From Burkholderiales bacterium PBB2 (GTDB lineage: Bacteria > Pseudomonadota > Gammaproteobacteria > Burkholderiales > Burkholderiaceae_C), in contig NKIM01000006.1 in the NCBI GenBank assembly GCA_002255955.1, forward strand, positions 84,537-148,536: a DNA stretch of 64,000 nucleotides, given 5' to 3'. This document shows, piece by piece, positions 50,156 through 58,827 of the stretch (its first letter is position 1; the number at the start of each line of letters is the position of its first letter). The notes under the pieces were generated by a model. That model was given only the letters and a program-made list of their open reading frames with translations. It was not told the DNA's origin and made no database searches. The position numbers and the translations under genes are program-made.

Positions 50156-51523
50156 ATGGTTGATCGCAGCAATTTCACATTCAGCGAGCTGGAGACCTGG
50201 CTCAAGGCGCAACGTGTGACCGAGATCGAGTGCCTGGTGCCCGATCTGACCGGTGTCGCCCGCGGCAAGATCCTGCCGCGCGAAAAGTTCACCGAAGACC
50301 GCGGCATGCGCTTGCCCGAGGCGGTGGTGGCCATGGGCGTGACGGGCGAGTTCCCGGAAGAAGGCCCTTACTACGACGTCATCAGCCCCAACGACCGCGA
50401 CATGCATTTGCGTGCCGACCCGACGACGGCGCGCCTGGTGCCATGGGCCATCGACCCGACGGCGCAAATCATCCACGACTGCTTTGACCGCGATGGCCAG
50501 CTGGTGCCCTTCGCGCCGCGCTCGGTGCTGCGCCGCGTCTGCGGTCTGTTTGCGGCCGAAGGCTGGGAGCCGGTGGTGGCCCCGGAGCTGGAGTTCTACC
50601 TGGTCGCCCGCAACAGCGACCCCGACATGCCGCTCAAGCCGCCCATCGGCCGATCGGGCCGGGCCGAGACCTCGCGCCAGGCCTACTCCATCGACGCGGT
50701 GAATGAGTTCGACCCGCTGTTCGAGGACGTCTACGAATACTGCGAGAAGATGGAGCTCAATGTCGACACCTTGATTCACGAGGTGGGCGCCGGGCAGATG
50801 GAAATCAACTTCTTCCATGCCCACCCCATGGGCCTGGCGGACGAGGTGTTCTTCTTCAAACGCACGGTGCGCGAAGCGGCGCTGCGCCATGACATGTTCG
50901 CCACCTTCATGGCCAAGCCGATCGCCGGCGAGCCCGGCAGCGCCATGCACATCCACCAAAGCGTGGTGAACCAGGCCACCGGCCGCAACCTCTTCAGCAA
51001 TGAGGACGGCTCGCCCAGCCCCGAGTTCTACTGGTACATCGGCGGCCTGCAGAAGTACATCCCGGCGGCCATGGCCTTGTTCGCGCCCTATGTGAACAGC
51101 TACCGCCGCCTGGCCCGCCACACGGCCGCGCCGATCAACATCCAGTGGGGCACGGACAACCGCACCGTGGGCATCCGCTCGCCCCTGGCCGAGCCGGCGG
51201 CGCGCCGCATCGAGAACCGCGTGATCGGTGCCGATGCCAACCCCTATGTGGCGCTGGCGGCCACCCTGGCCTGTGGCTATCTGGGCATCAAGAACCGCAT
51301 CGAGCCCACGCCCGAGTGCAAGGGCGATGCCTACCTCGGCGACTTCCAGCTGCCCCGCAGCCTCGGTGAGGCGCTCAATCTGCTGCGCGCCGAGAAAGAG
51401 CTGGCCGCGGTGCTCGGTGAATCCTTCGTCACCGTGTATTCGGAGATCAAGGAGATCGAGTACGCCGAGTTCATGAAGGTGATCTCGCCCTGGGAGCGGG
51501 AGCATCTGCTGCTGCATGTGTGA
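50156..51523 (+). CDS. Glutamine synthetase family protein (gamma-glutamylpolyamine synthetase PuuA-like)
   Basis: Trimmed to MVDRSNFTFSELETWLK..., preceded by GGAGA. GS type III-like catalytic domain (EVGAGQMEINF, GSAMHIHQS). Confidence 0.88.
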   Translation: MVDRSNFTFSELETWLKAQRVTEIECLVPDLTGVARGKILPREKFTEDRGMRLPEAVVAMGVTGEFPEEGPYYDVISPNDRDMHLRADPTTARLVPWAIDPTAQIIHDCFDRDGQLVPFAPRSVLRRVCGLFAAEGWEPVVAPELEFYLVARNSDPDMPLKPPIGRSGRAETSRQAYSIDAVNEFDPLFEDVYEYCEKMELNVDTLIHEVGAGQMEINFFHAHPMGLADEVFFFKRTVREAALRHDMFATFMAKPIAGEPGSAMHIHQSVVNQATGRNLFSNEDGSPSPEFYWYIGGLQKYIPAAMALFAPYVNSYRRLARHTAAPINIQWGTDNRTVGIRSPLAEPAARRIENRVIGADANPYVALAATLACGYLGIKNRIEPTPECKGDAYLGDFQLPRSLGEALNLLRAEKELAAVLGESFVTVYSEIKEIEYAEFMKVISPWEREHLLLHV

Positions 51524-51562
51524 GCGCCATCGCATCGCTGAACTGAGCCAAGGATCTACATC

Positions 51563-52993
51563 ATGAACGCCATCTCCACCGTCGCCCCTCAAGCCACTCC
51601 CAGCCGTAACACCCAAGACTGGCAAGCTGCCGACAGCCGGCATTTCCTCCACCCCTTCACCGATTTCCAGGGCCTGGCGCGCAAGGGCGCGCGCATCATC
51701 ACCCGCGCCGAGAACATCTACCTCTGGGACAGCGAGGGTCACAAAATCCTCGATGCCATGAGCGGCCTCTGGTGCGTCAACGTCGGCTATGGCCAGCAAA
51801 GCCTGATCGACGCCGCCGCGGCGCAGATGAAGGAGCTGCCCTTCTACAACGCCTTTTTCCAGACCGCCACCACGCCGGCCATCGAGCTGGCCGAGGTGCT
51901 GGCCGAGATCAGCCCGCCGCAGTTCCAGCATGTCTTCTTCACCAGCTCGGGCTCGGAAGGTAACGACACGATTGTGCGCATGGTGCGGCGCTACTGGGAT
52001 GTGCTGGGCCAGCCCGAGCGCCAGGTCATCATCGGCCGCAAGAACGGTTACCACGGCTCCACCATGGCGGGTGCCTCGCTGGGCGGCATGAGCGGCATGC
52101 ATGCCCAGGGCGGCCTGCCGATTCCCAATATCACCCACATCGACCAGCCGCATTGGTTCGAGCATGGTGCTGGCCTGCGCGGCGAAACGGCCGGGCTGAC
52201 GCCTGAAGCCTTTGGCCTCAAGGCCGCAGGCTGGCTGGAGGCCAAGATCCTGGAGCTGGGCGCCGACAAGGTGGCCGCCTTCATCGGCGAGCCGGTGCAG
52301 GGCGCGGGCGGCGTGATCGTGCCGCCAGCCAGCTACTGGCCCGAGATCCAGCGCATCTGCGACAAGTACGGCATCCTTTTGGTCAGCGATGAGGTGATCT
52401 GCGGTTTCGGCCGCACCGGCCAGTGGTTTGGCTGCGAGACCATGGGCACCAAGCCCGACCTGATGACCTTTGCCAAGGGTGTGAGCTCGGGCTACATCCC
52501 GCTCGGCGGGGTGATGGTGGGCGAGCGCGTGGCGCGGGTGCTGATCGAGCAGGGCGGCGAGTTCAACCACGGCTTCACCTACTCCGGCCACCCGACCGCC
52601 TGCGCCGTGGCCCTGGCCAATATCCGCCTGCTGCGCGAGCTGGATGTGGTGCGCCATGTGCGCGAGGATGTGGGGCCCTACCTGGCCCAGCGCTTTGCTG
52701 AGTTGAACGATCACCCGCTGGTGGGCGAAACCCAGAGCTGCGGAATGATGGCCGCGGTGCAGCTGGTCAAGGACAAGACCACTGCCACGCCCTTTGACGA
52801 GGCGCTCGAAGTGGGCATGGTCTGCCGCGGCCATTGCTTCGGCAACGGCCTGATCATGCGCGCCGTGGGCGACCGCATGATCGTGGCGCCGCCGCTGGTG
52901 ATGACGCGCGCCCAGGTCGACGAAATGATGGGCCTGATCCGCCGCTGCCTCGACCTGACCCTGGAGGACCTGCGCAAGCGCGGCTGGCTCTGA
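51563..52993 (+). CDS. Class III aminotransferase (putrescine/polyamine:pyruvate aminotransferase SpuC-like)
   Basis: HFLHPFTDF...I.RAENIYLWDSEG.KILD.MSGLWCVNVGYG. PLP lysine DLMTFAKGVSSG. Confidence 0.88.
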   Translation: MNAISTVAPQATPSRNTQDWQAADSRHFLHPFTDFQGLARKGARIITRAENIYLWDSEGHKILDAMSGLWCVNVGYGQQSLIDAAAAQMKELPFYNAFFQTATTPAIELAEVLAEISPPQFQHVFFTSSGSEGNDTIVRMVRRYWDVLGQPERQVIIGRKNGYHGSTMAGASLGGMSGMHAQGGLPIPNITHIDQPHWFEHGAGLRGETAGLTPEAFGLKAAGWLEAKILELGADKVAAFIGEPVQGAGGVIVPPASYWPEIQRICDKYGILLVSDEVICGFGRTGQWFGCETMGTKPDLMTFAKGVSSGYIPLGGVMVGERVARVLIEQGGEFNHGFTYSGHPTACAVALANIRLLRELDVVRHVREDVGPYLAQRFAELNDHPLVGETQSCGMMAAVQLVKDKTTATPFDEALEVGMVCRGHCFGNGLIMRAVGDRMIVAPPLVMTRAQVDEMMGLIRRCLDLTLEDLRKRGWL

Positions 52994-52994
52994 G

Positions 52995-53024
52995 CGGGGC
53001 CCGCGCCACAGCCCCGGGTTTTGG
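52995..53024 (+). terminator. Hairpin plus T-tract after the spuC-like gene
   Basis: CGGGGC-ccgcgccaca-GCCCCG followed by GGTTTTGG. Confidence 0.45.
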
Positions 53025-53071
53025 CCAATGGGCGTAGCCCGGCCAATGCCTAGACTGGGGCGGAACCTTTT

Positions 53072-53099
53072 CCTTCACCCCTTTTCCCTTCACCCCTTT
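53072..53099 (+). repeat. Tandem direct repeat CCTTCACCCCTTT x2 (15-nt period) just upstream of potF
   Basis: Read directly from the sequence at 53072-53084 and 53087-53099. Confidence 0.9.
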
Positions 53100-53127
53100 G
53101 TCTGACTGAACTTTCGGGAACCCCACC

Positions 53128-54252
53128 ATGAAGCTGTCGCCTGCCCTGCGTCGTCTTGCCTGTGCACTCACCCCGGTGCTCGCCCTGCTGGCCACGGCCG
53201 GCCCGGCCCGAGCGCAAGAGGAAGAGAAGGTCCTGAACGTCTACAACTGGTCCGACTACATCGCCGAAGACACGATCAAGAACTTCGAGAAGGAAACCGG
53301 CATCAAGGTGCGTTATGACAATTTCGACAACAACGAAATCGTCCATGCCAAGCTGGTGGCCGGCAAGACCGGCTACGACATCGTCGTGCCCTCGAGCTAC
53401 TGGGCCAAGATGCAGGCCGATGGCGGCCTGCTGCGCAAGATCGACAAAAGCCTGATCCCCAACTACAAGAACCTTGACCCCGAGGTGCAGGCCACCCTGG
53501 CCAAGCTGGACCCGGGCAATGAGTTCTTCGTCAACTGGCTCTGGGGCTTTTCCACGGTCGGCATCAATGTCGACAAGGTCAAGGCGGCGCTGGGCGGCAT
53601 GCCCATGCCCGAGAACGCCTGGGACCTGATCTTCAAGCCCGAGTACATGGCCAAGCTCAAGAGCTGCGGCGTGAGCTTCCTCGACTCGGCCACCGAGGTG
53701 GTGCCCGCCGCCCTGCACTACCTGGGCAAACCGCCCTACACCAAGAGCATCGGCGACTTCGCCAATGTGCCGGCCTTGCTGAAGAGCGTGCGGCCCTACG
53801 TCAGCCTGTTCAGCTCCTCGGGCTATATCAACGACCTGGCCAACGGCTCGCTGTGCGTGGCCATGGGCTACTCGGGCGACATCAATATCGCCCGCCAGCG
53901 CGCCATCGACGGCAAGACCGGCCAGAAGATCGAGGCCCTGATCCCCAAGAGCGGCGGCATCATCTTCATGGACGTGATGGTCATCCCGGCCGATGCGCCA
54001 CGCCCCGGCAATGCCCACAAATTCATCAACTACATCCTGCGCCCCGAGGTACACGCCGGCCTGACCAACAAGGTCTTCTACGCCAACCCCAACAAAGAGG
54101 CCAAGAAGTTCGTCAAGCCCGATGTGGCCAACAACCCCAGCGTCTTCTTGAGCGACAGCGACCTCAAGAAGATGGCTGCGCCCGACGCCATCAACAACGA
54201 TGTGCGACGCCAGATGACGCGCATCTACACGAGCTTCAAGACGGGACTGTAA
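53128..54252 (+). CDS. potF: Polyamine (putrescine/spermidine) ABC transporter periplasmic binding protein
   Basis: Signal peptide ...ATAGPARA/QEE, then LNVYNWSDYIAEDTI..FEKETGIKV.YD. Confidence 0.92.
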   Translation: MKLSPALRRLACALTPVLALLATAGPARAQEEEKVLNVYNWSDYIAEDTIKNFEKETGIKVRYDNFDNNEIVHAKLVAGKTGYDIVVPSSYWAKMQADGGLLRKIDKSLIPNYKNLDPEVQATLAKLDPGNEFFVNWLWGFSTVGINVDKVKAALGGMPMPENAWDLIFKPEYMAKLKSCGVSFLDSATEVVPAALHYLGKPPYTKSIGDFANVPALLKSVRPYVSLFSSSGYINDLANGSLCVAMGYSGDINIARQRAIDGKTGQKIEALIPKSGGIIFMDVMVIPADAPRPGNAHKFINYILRPEVHAGLTNKVFYANPNKEAKKFVKPDVANNPSVFLSDSDLKKMAAPDAINNDVRRQMTRIYTSFKTGL

Positions 54253-54261
54253 GTACTTGGC

Positions 54262-54357
54262 AGTGAACAGGTGAACGCGTGAATGGGTGAACTACAGCCT
54301 CACCCAGCTGCACCAGAACTCACGAATCACCCTGTTCACCCGTTCACCTATTCACCT
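54262..54357. repeat. Inverted arrays of GGTGAA(C/T) octamers forming a long imperfect hairpin between potF and potG
   Basis: Left arm: four 8-nt units (AGTGAAC, AGGTGAAC, GCGTGAAT, GGGTGAAC). Right arm: five complementary units (ACTCACGA, ATCACCCT, GTTCACCC, GTTCACCT, ATTCACCT). Confidence 0.9.
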
Positions 54358-54367
54358 CTCAAACCCC

Positions 54368-55456
54368 ATGTCCACCAACTACCTGCGCATCGAGAACGTG
54401 GTCAAGGATTTTGGCGGCGGCGCCGTCGCGGTGGACCGTGTGTCCATCGACATTGCCAAGGGCGAGATCTTCGCCCTGCTCGGCTCCTCGGGCTGCGGCA
54501 AGACCACCTTGCTGCGCATGCTGGCCGGCTTCGAGACACCGACCAGCGGCCGCATCATCCTGAACGGTCAGGACCTGGCGGGCCTGCCGCCCTATGCCCG
54601 GCCCATCAATATGATGTTCCAGAGCTATGCGCTGTTCCCGCACCTGAGCGTCTGGGACAACATCGCCTTCGGCCTGCGCCGCGACGGGCTGCCCAAGGAC
54701 GAGATCGCCAACCGTGTCGAAGCCATGCTCAAGCTGGTGCAGCTGGGCAAATACGCCAAGCGCAAGCCGCATCAGCTCTCCGGCGGCCAGCAGCAGCGCG
54801 TGGCACTGGCGCGCAGCCTGGCCAAGAAGCCGCAGTTGCTGCTGCTCGACGAGCCACTCGGTGCCCTCGACAAGAAACTGCGCGAGCAGACCCAGATCGA
54901 GCTGGTCAACATCATCGAAAGCGTGGGCGTGACCTGCGTGATGGTGACGCACGACCAGGAGGAGGCCATGACCATGGCCACCCGCATCGCTGTGATGAGC
55001 GAGGGCCGCATCCTGCAGGTGGGCGCACCGGCCGACATCTACGAAACCCCGGCCACCCGCTTCGTGGCCGACTTCATCGGCAACGTCAATTTGATGGATG
55101 GCCAGCTCAGCGTCGACGAGCCCGACCATGTGGTCATCGCTTGCGCCGACTGCCAGCACTATGTAGGCCACGGCATCACCGGCACCGCCGGCATGGCGGT
55201 CAGCGTGGCCTTGCGGCCCGAGAAGATCCGCCTCAGCAGCGAGAAGCCCGAGGGCGAGTTCAACCAGGTGCGGGCCACCGTGCGCGACCTGTCCTATTTC
55301 GGCGCCTTCACCGTCTACCACCTGCAGCTGCCCAGCGGCCAGGTGCTCAAGGTCAGCGAGAGCAATCTGGAGCGCCACCGCGCCGACCCGCTGAGCTGGG
55401 ACCAGCAGGTCTGGGCGCACTGGTCGCCCACGGCCCAGGTGGTGCTGACGCAATGA
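54368..55456 (+). CDS. potG: Polyamine ABC transporter ATP-binding protein
   Basis: Trimmed to MSTNYLRIENVVKDFGG.... Walker A GSSGCGKTT, signature LSGGQQQR, Walker B LLLLDEP. Confidence 0.93.
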   Translation: MSTNYLRIENVVKDFGGGAVAVDRVSIDIAKGEIFALLGSSGCGKTTLLRMLAGFETPTSGRIILNGQDLAGLPPYARPINMMFQSYALFPHLSVWDNIAFGLRRDGLPKDEIANRVEAMLKLVQLGKYAKRKPHQLSGGQQQRVALARSLAKKPQLLLLDEPLGALDKKLREQTQIELVNIIESVGVTCVMVTHDQEEAMTMATRIAVMSEGRILQVGAPADIYETPATRFVADFIGNVNLMDGQLSVDEPDHVVIACADCQHYVGHGITGTAGMAVSVALRPEKIRLSSEKPEGEFNQVRATVRDLSYFGAFTVYHLQLPSGQVLKVSESNLERHRADPLSWDQQVWAHWSPTAQVVLTQ

Positions 55457-56421
55457 CCGCGGCCGCCATGAAGAACCCGCTCCGCCGCCTGCGCCTGCCC
55501 ACGGGGCGCAGCGCCGTCATCGCCCTTCCCTATGCCTGGCTGCTGCTGTTCTTTGCGCTCCCTTTTTTGATCGTGCTGAAGATCAGCGTCTCCGAGATGG
55601 AGACCGTGCACTTCAAGGATCTGCTCAGTTATGCGGACGGCGTGCTGCGCGTGGCGATCAAGCTCAGCAACTACCTCTTCATCACCGAGGACGAGCTCTA
55701 TTTCAAGGCCTATCTGGCCAGCCTCAAGTACGCGGCCATCACCACCGTGGGCTGCCTTTTGATCGGCTACCCCTTTGCCTATTTCATGGCCAGAGCCCGG
55801 GCCAGCCTGCAACCGGCCTTGCTGATGCTGGTGATGCTGCCCTTCTGGACCAGCTTTTTGCTGCGCGTCTATGCCTGGAAAGGCCTGCTGGGCGAGCACG
55901 GCTGGGTGGCCGTGGCCATCGAGGGCCTGGGCCTGGACCAGCTGCTCTATTCGGCAGGCATGATCCCGGCCCTGGGCAAGCTCTTGAACACGCCCTTCTC
56001 CCTGGTGGTGGGCATGGTCTACACCTACCTGCCCTTCATGGTGCTGCCGCTTTACGCCAATCTGGCCAAGATGGACCTGCGCCTGCTGGAGGCCGCCAGC
56101 GACCTGGGCGCCACACCCTGGCAGGCCTTCTGGCGCATCACCGTGCCGCTGTCCAAGGCCGGCATCATCGCCGGCTCCATGCTGGTCTTCATCCCCTGCG
56201 TGGGCGAGTTCGTCATCCCGGAGCTGCTGGGCGGGCCTCAGACCCTGATGATCGGCCGCGTACTCTGGGACGAGTTCTTCTCCAACAACGACTGGCCCAT
56301 GGCCTCCAGTGTGGCCGTGGTGATGATTCTGCTCATCATCGTGCCCCTGGCCTTGTTCAACCGCTACCAGGCGGAAAGCCAGGCCGGCCCGGCCGCGGCG
56401 CGCAAAGGAGGCCAGCCATGA
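55453..56421 (+). CDS. potH: Polyamine ABC transporter permease
   Basis: ATGA overlap with potG. EAA loop EAASDLGATPWQAFWRITVPLS. The long track ORF 54283..56421 is real only from 55453. Confidence 0.92.
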   Translation: MTAAAMKNPLRRLRLPTGRSAVIALPYAWLLLFFALPFLIVLKISVSEMETVHFKDLLSYADGVLRVAIKLSNYLFITEDELYFKAYLASLKYAAITTVGCLLIGYPFAYFMARARASLQPALLMLVMLPFWTSFLLRVYAWKGLLGEHGWVAVAIEGLGLDQLLYSAGMIPALGKLLNTPFSLVVGMVYTYLPFMVLPLYANLAKMDLRLLEAASDLGATPWQAFWRITVPLSKAGIIAGSMLVFIPCVGEFVIPELLGGPQTLMIGRVLWDEFFSNNDWPMASSVAVVMILLIIVPLALFNRYQAESQAGPAAARKGGQP

Positions 56422-57275
56422 GCCGCCGTGCCCTGCTCGGCCCCCAGGCCACGCGCTGGTTTGCGCGCAGCTGGCTGGTGGCGGTGTTCGCCTTCCTCTA
56501 CCTGCCGATATTCACGCTGATTCTTTACTCCTTCAACGACTCCAAACTGCCCTCGGTCTGGGGCGGATTTACCACGCGCTGGTACACCGAGCTGCTGCAG
56601 GACGGTGAGTTGTTGAACGGCCTCAAGCTTTCGCTGCAGATCGCTTTTGCCACCGCCTGCGCCTCGGTGCTGCTGGGCACTTTTGCCGCCTTCGCCCTGG
56701 TCAAGTACAAGCGCTTCACCGGCCGCACCTTGTTCGCCGGCATGGTCAATGCGCCCCTGGTGATGCCCGAGGTCATCGTCGGCCTGTCCCTGCTGCTGAT
56801 GCTGGTGTCGCTGCAGCGGGCCCTGGGCTTCCCGGAGCGCGGCGCCATGACCATCTGGCTCGGTCACCTGCTGCTGGGCATGGCCTATGCCACGGTGGTG
56901 ATCCAGGCGCGCCTGTCCGAACTGAACCCGCAGCTGGAAGAAGCCGCCATGGACCTGGGCGCGCGGCCGCTGCAGGTCTTCGGCCTGGTGACCCTGCCCA
57001 TGATCACGCAGTCCCTGATGTCGGCCTGGCTGCTGACCTTCACCCTCTCGCTGGACGATGTGGTGCTGTCGGCCTTTCTGAGCGGGCCGGGCTCCACCAC
57101 CCTGCCCCTGGTGATCTTCTCGCGCGCGCGGCTGGGCGTCAGCCCCAGCATCAATGCCGTGGCCACGGTCATCATCGTCCTGGTGGCCCTGGGCGTGGTG
57201 CTGGCCAGTTACCTGATCGCCAGGGCCGAGCGCCGGCGCAGCATGGACATGGCGGCCGCACAACGGGCCGCCTGA
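56418..57275 (+). CDS. potI: Polyamine ABC transporter permease
   Basis: Overlaps the potH stop. EAA loop EAAMDLGARPLQVFGLVTLP. Confidence 0.92.
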   Translation: MSRRALLGPQATRWFARSWLVAVFAFLYLPIFTLILYSFNDSKLPSVWGGFTTRWYTELLQDGELLNGLKLSLQIAFATACASVLLGTFAAFALVKYKRFTGRTLFAGMVNAPLVMPEVIVGLSLLLMLVSLQRALGFPERGAMTIWLGHLLLGMAYATVVIQARLSELNPQLEEAAMDLGARPLQVFGLVTLPMITQSLMSAWLLTFTLSLDDVVLSAFLSGPGSTTLPLVIFSRARLGVSPSINAVATVIIVLVALGVVLASYLIARAERRRSMDMAAAQRAA

Positions 57276-57370
57276 GGCCCCACTCATTTTCCCGAAGCCG
57301 AATTCCCTTTTCTTTCTTTCTTGCTTACTTCCTTCCCATACCCCCCCAATCAAGCCAAGGAGCAGATGCG

Positions 57371-58801
57371 ATGAAGCCCACCCCGAACGCGAAGACGGCC
57401 GCCCCCTTGCTGGCCGCCCTGAGCCTGGCGCTGGCCTCGGCCTACCCGGGCGTAGCTCTGGCGCAGAGCAATGAAGAGCTGCTCAAGGAACTGCGCGCGC
57501 TGAAAGACCGCGTCGGCCAGCTGGAAGAAAAACTCAAGGCCGCCGAGCAGAAAGCTGCCGCCCCCAGCAGCGCCCAGTGGGGCATGACGCCGGCCCAGGC
57601 TCAGGAATTCAACCGCATCGCCGTCAAGACCGAGGCCCTGGAAGACTCGGCCGAGGCCATGGGCACCAAGAACCTCAAGATCAGCGGCTTCATCGACCCC
57701 ACCTACATCTACAACCGCCAGAACAACAGCAGCAGCTTCCAGCTGCTCAACAAGGATGCCTACGCCTACGACAGCGGCTACTTCGGCATGGCCTTGATCG
57801 ATTTCCAGAAGGAAATGGAAGGCGGCACCAAGTGGCATCTGACCCTGGCGCCCGAGCGCGGCGTGGGCGCTACCTTCAACACCGGCTCCATCGTCCACGA
57901 GGCCAGCGTCAACATCCCGCTGGGCGACCTGCAGACCCGGCTCTGGCTGGGCCAGATCCCCGACTGGACCGGCTATGAGCTGACCCTGCCGCCGCTCAAC
58001 AAGCTGATCACCCACAACCTGCTGTTTGACTTCACCGCCCCCACCGCCTACACCGGCGCAGTGCTGGACCTGACCAGCGGCAAATGGCTGATCCGGGCCG
58101 GCCTGGCCAATGTCAACAATGCCCGCAAGTCGCCGGGCAACAAGACTCCGGCCTTCATCTACCGCGTCGACTACGCCAAGGGCGAGTTCCAGGGCTTTGG
58201 CTTCACCGGCCTGCATGGCAAGGCCTACAACTACGCCGCCGATGGTGTGGACGCCAACGGCGACCTGAGTTTTGCCGATGTGAAGGGACGAGACACCCGG
58301 GTTGACCTGCTCGAGGCCGATGCCTACTTCATCCGCGGCGACTGGACGGTCCAGGGCCAGATCAGCTGGGGCCGCCAGCGCGGCAGCGCCATCTTCAACG
58401 AAGATGGCCAACTGCGCGACGCCAGCTGGACCGGGCTGTCCACCCTGGTCGGCTACAAATTCATCCCGCGCTGGGAAGCGGTGGCACGCATGGACTATCT
58501 GCGCAACGCCAAGAACGGCGGCGGCCTGTTCGGCTACAGCAGCGATGACAGCCGCAACGGCCTGGGCCGCGGCAGCGGCTTCGCCTGGGACGAGGCCAAC
58601 CCGGACCCCGACACGGCCTCCAAGGGCGCCAACCGTTATGCCCTGACCGTAGGGCTGAACTATCTCTTCAACCAGAACACCATCTTCAAGTTCGAGTACC
58701 GCCTCGACGGCGCCAACCGCGCCGTGTTCGGCAACCCGAGCAACGGACAATGGGCCAAGCGCAACCACCTGCTGGGCTCGTCCGTGGTGGTCAGTTTCTG
58801 A
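57371..58801 (+). CDS. Outer-membrane beta-barrel porin-like protein with N-terminal coiled coil (resembles the DUF3138 family)
   Basis: Signal peptide ...YPGVALA/QS, then the coiled coil NEELLKELRALKDRVGQLEEKLKAAE. Alternating beta-strand pattern, terminal ...SSVVVSF (aromatic C-terminus). Confidence 0.72.
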   Translation: MKPTPNAKTAAPLLAALSLALASAYPGVALAQSNEELLKELRALKDRVGQLEEKLKAAEQKAAAPSSAQWGMTPAQAQEFNRIAVKTEALEDSAEAMGTKNLKISGFIDPTYIYNRQNNSSSFQLLNKDAYAYDSGYFGMALIDFQKEMEGGTKWHLTLAPERGVGATFNTGSIVHEASVNIPLGDLQTRLWLGQIPDWTGYELTLPPLNKLITHNLLFDFTAPTAYTGAVLDLTSGKWLIRAGLANVNNARKSPGNKTPAFIYRVDYAKGEFQGFGFTGLHGKAYNYAADGVDANGDLSFADVKGRDTRVDLLEADAYFIRGDWTVQGQISWGRQRGSAIFNEDGQLRDASWTGLSTLVGYKFIPRWEAVARMDYLRNAKNGGGLFGYSSDDSRNGLGRGSGFAWDEANPDPDTASKGANRYALTVGLNYLFNQNTIFKFEYRLDGANRAVFGNPSNGQWAKRNHLLGSSVVVSF

Positions 58802-58827
58802 GTTGCTGCAACCTCGACAGGACTTTC

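Noticed and set aside
49889-52834. 981-aa ORF on the minus strand spanning the puuA-like and spuC-like genes. Similar long antisense ORFs: 5888..7588, 7324..8925, 36459..38318, 38511..40283, 25557..26777, 31348..34047 and 61659..63182.
   Set aside because: All lie opposite clearly recognisable genes and have low-complexity Arg/Gly/Ala/His-rich translations with no domain signatures. They are high-GC stop-codon-poor shadow frames.
54283-56421. 712-aa plus-strand ORF suggesting a large fused protein. Analogous 5'-extended ORFs: 47276..49240, 49922..51523, 42411..43625 and 12972..14501.
   Set aside because: Only the 3' part (from 55453) is PotH. The 5' part is an out-of-frame read-through across potG with a junk Arg/Pro/Gly-rich translation. 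The real starts were reassigned to internal ATG/GTG codons with family-typical N-termini.
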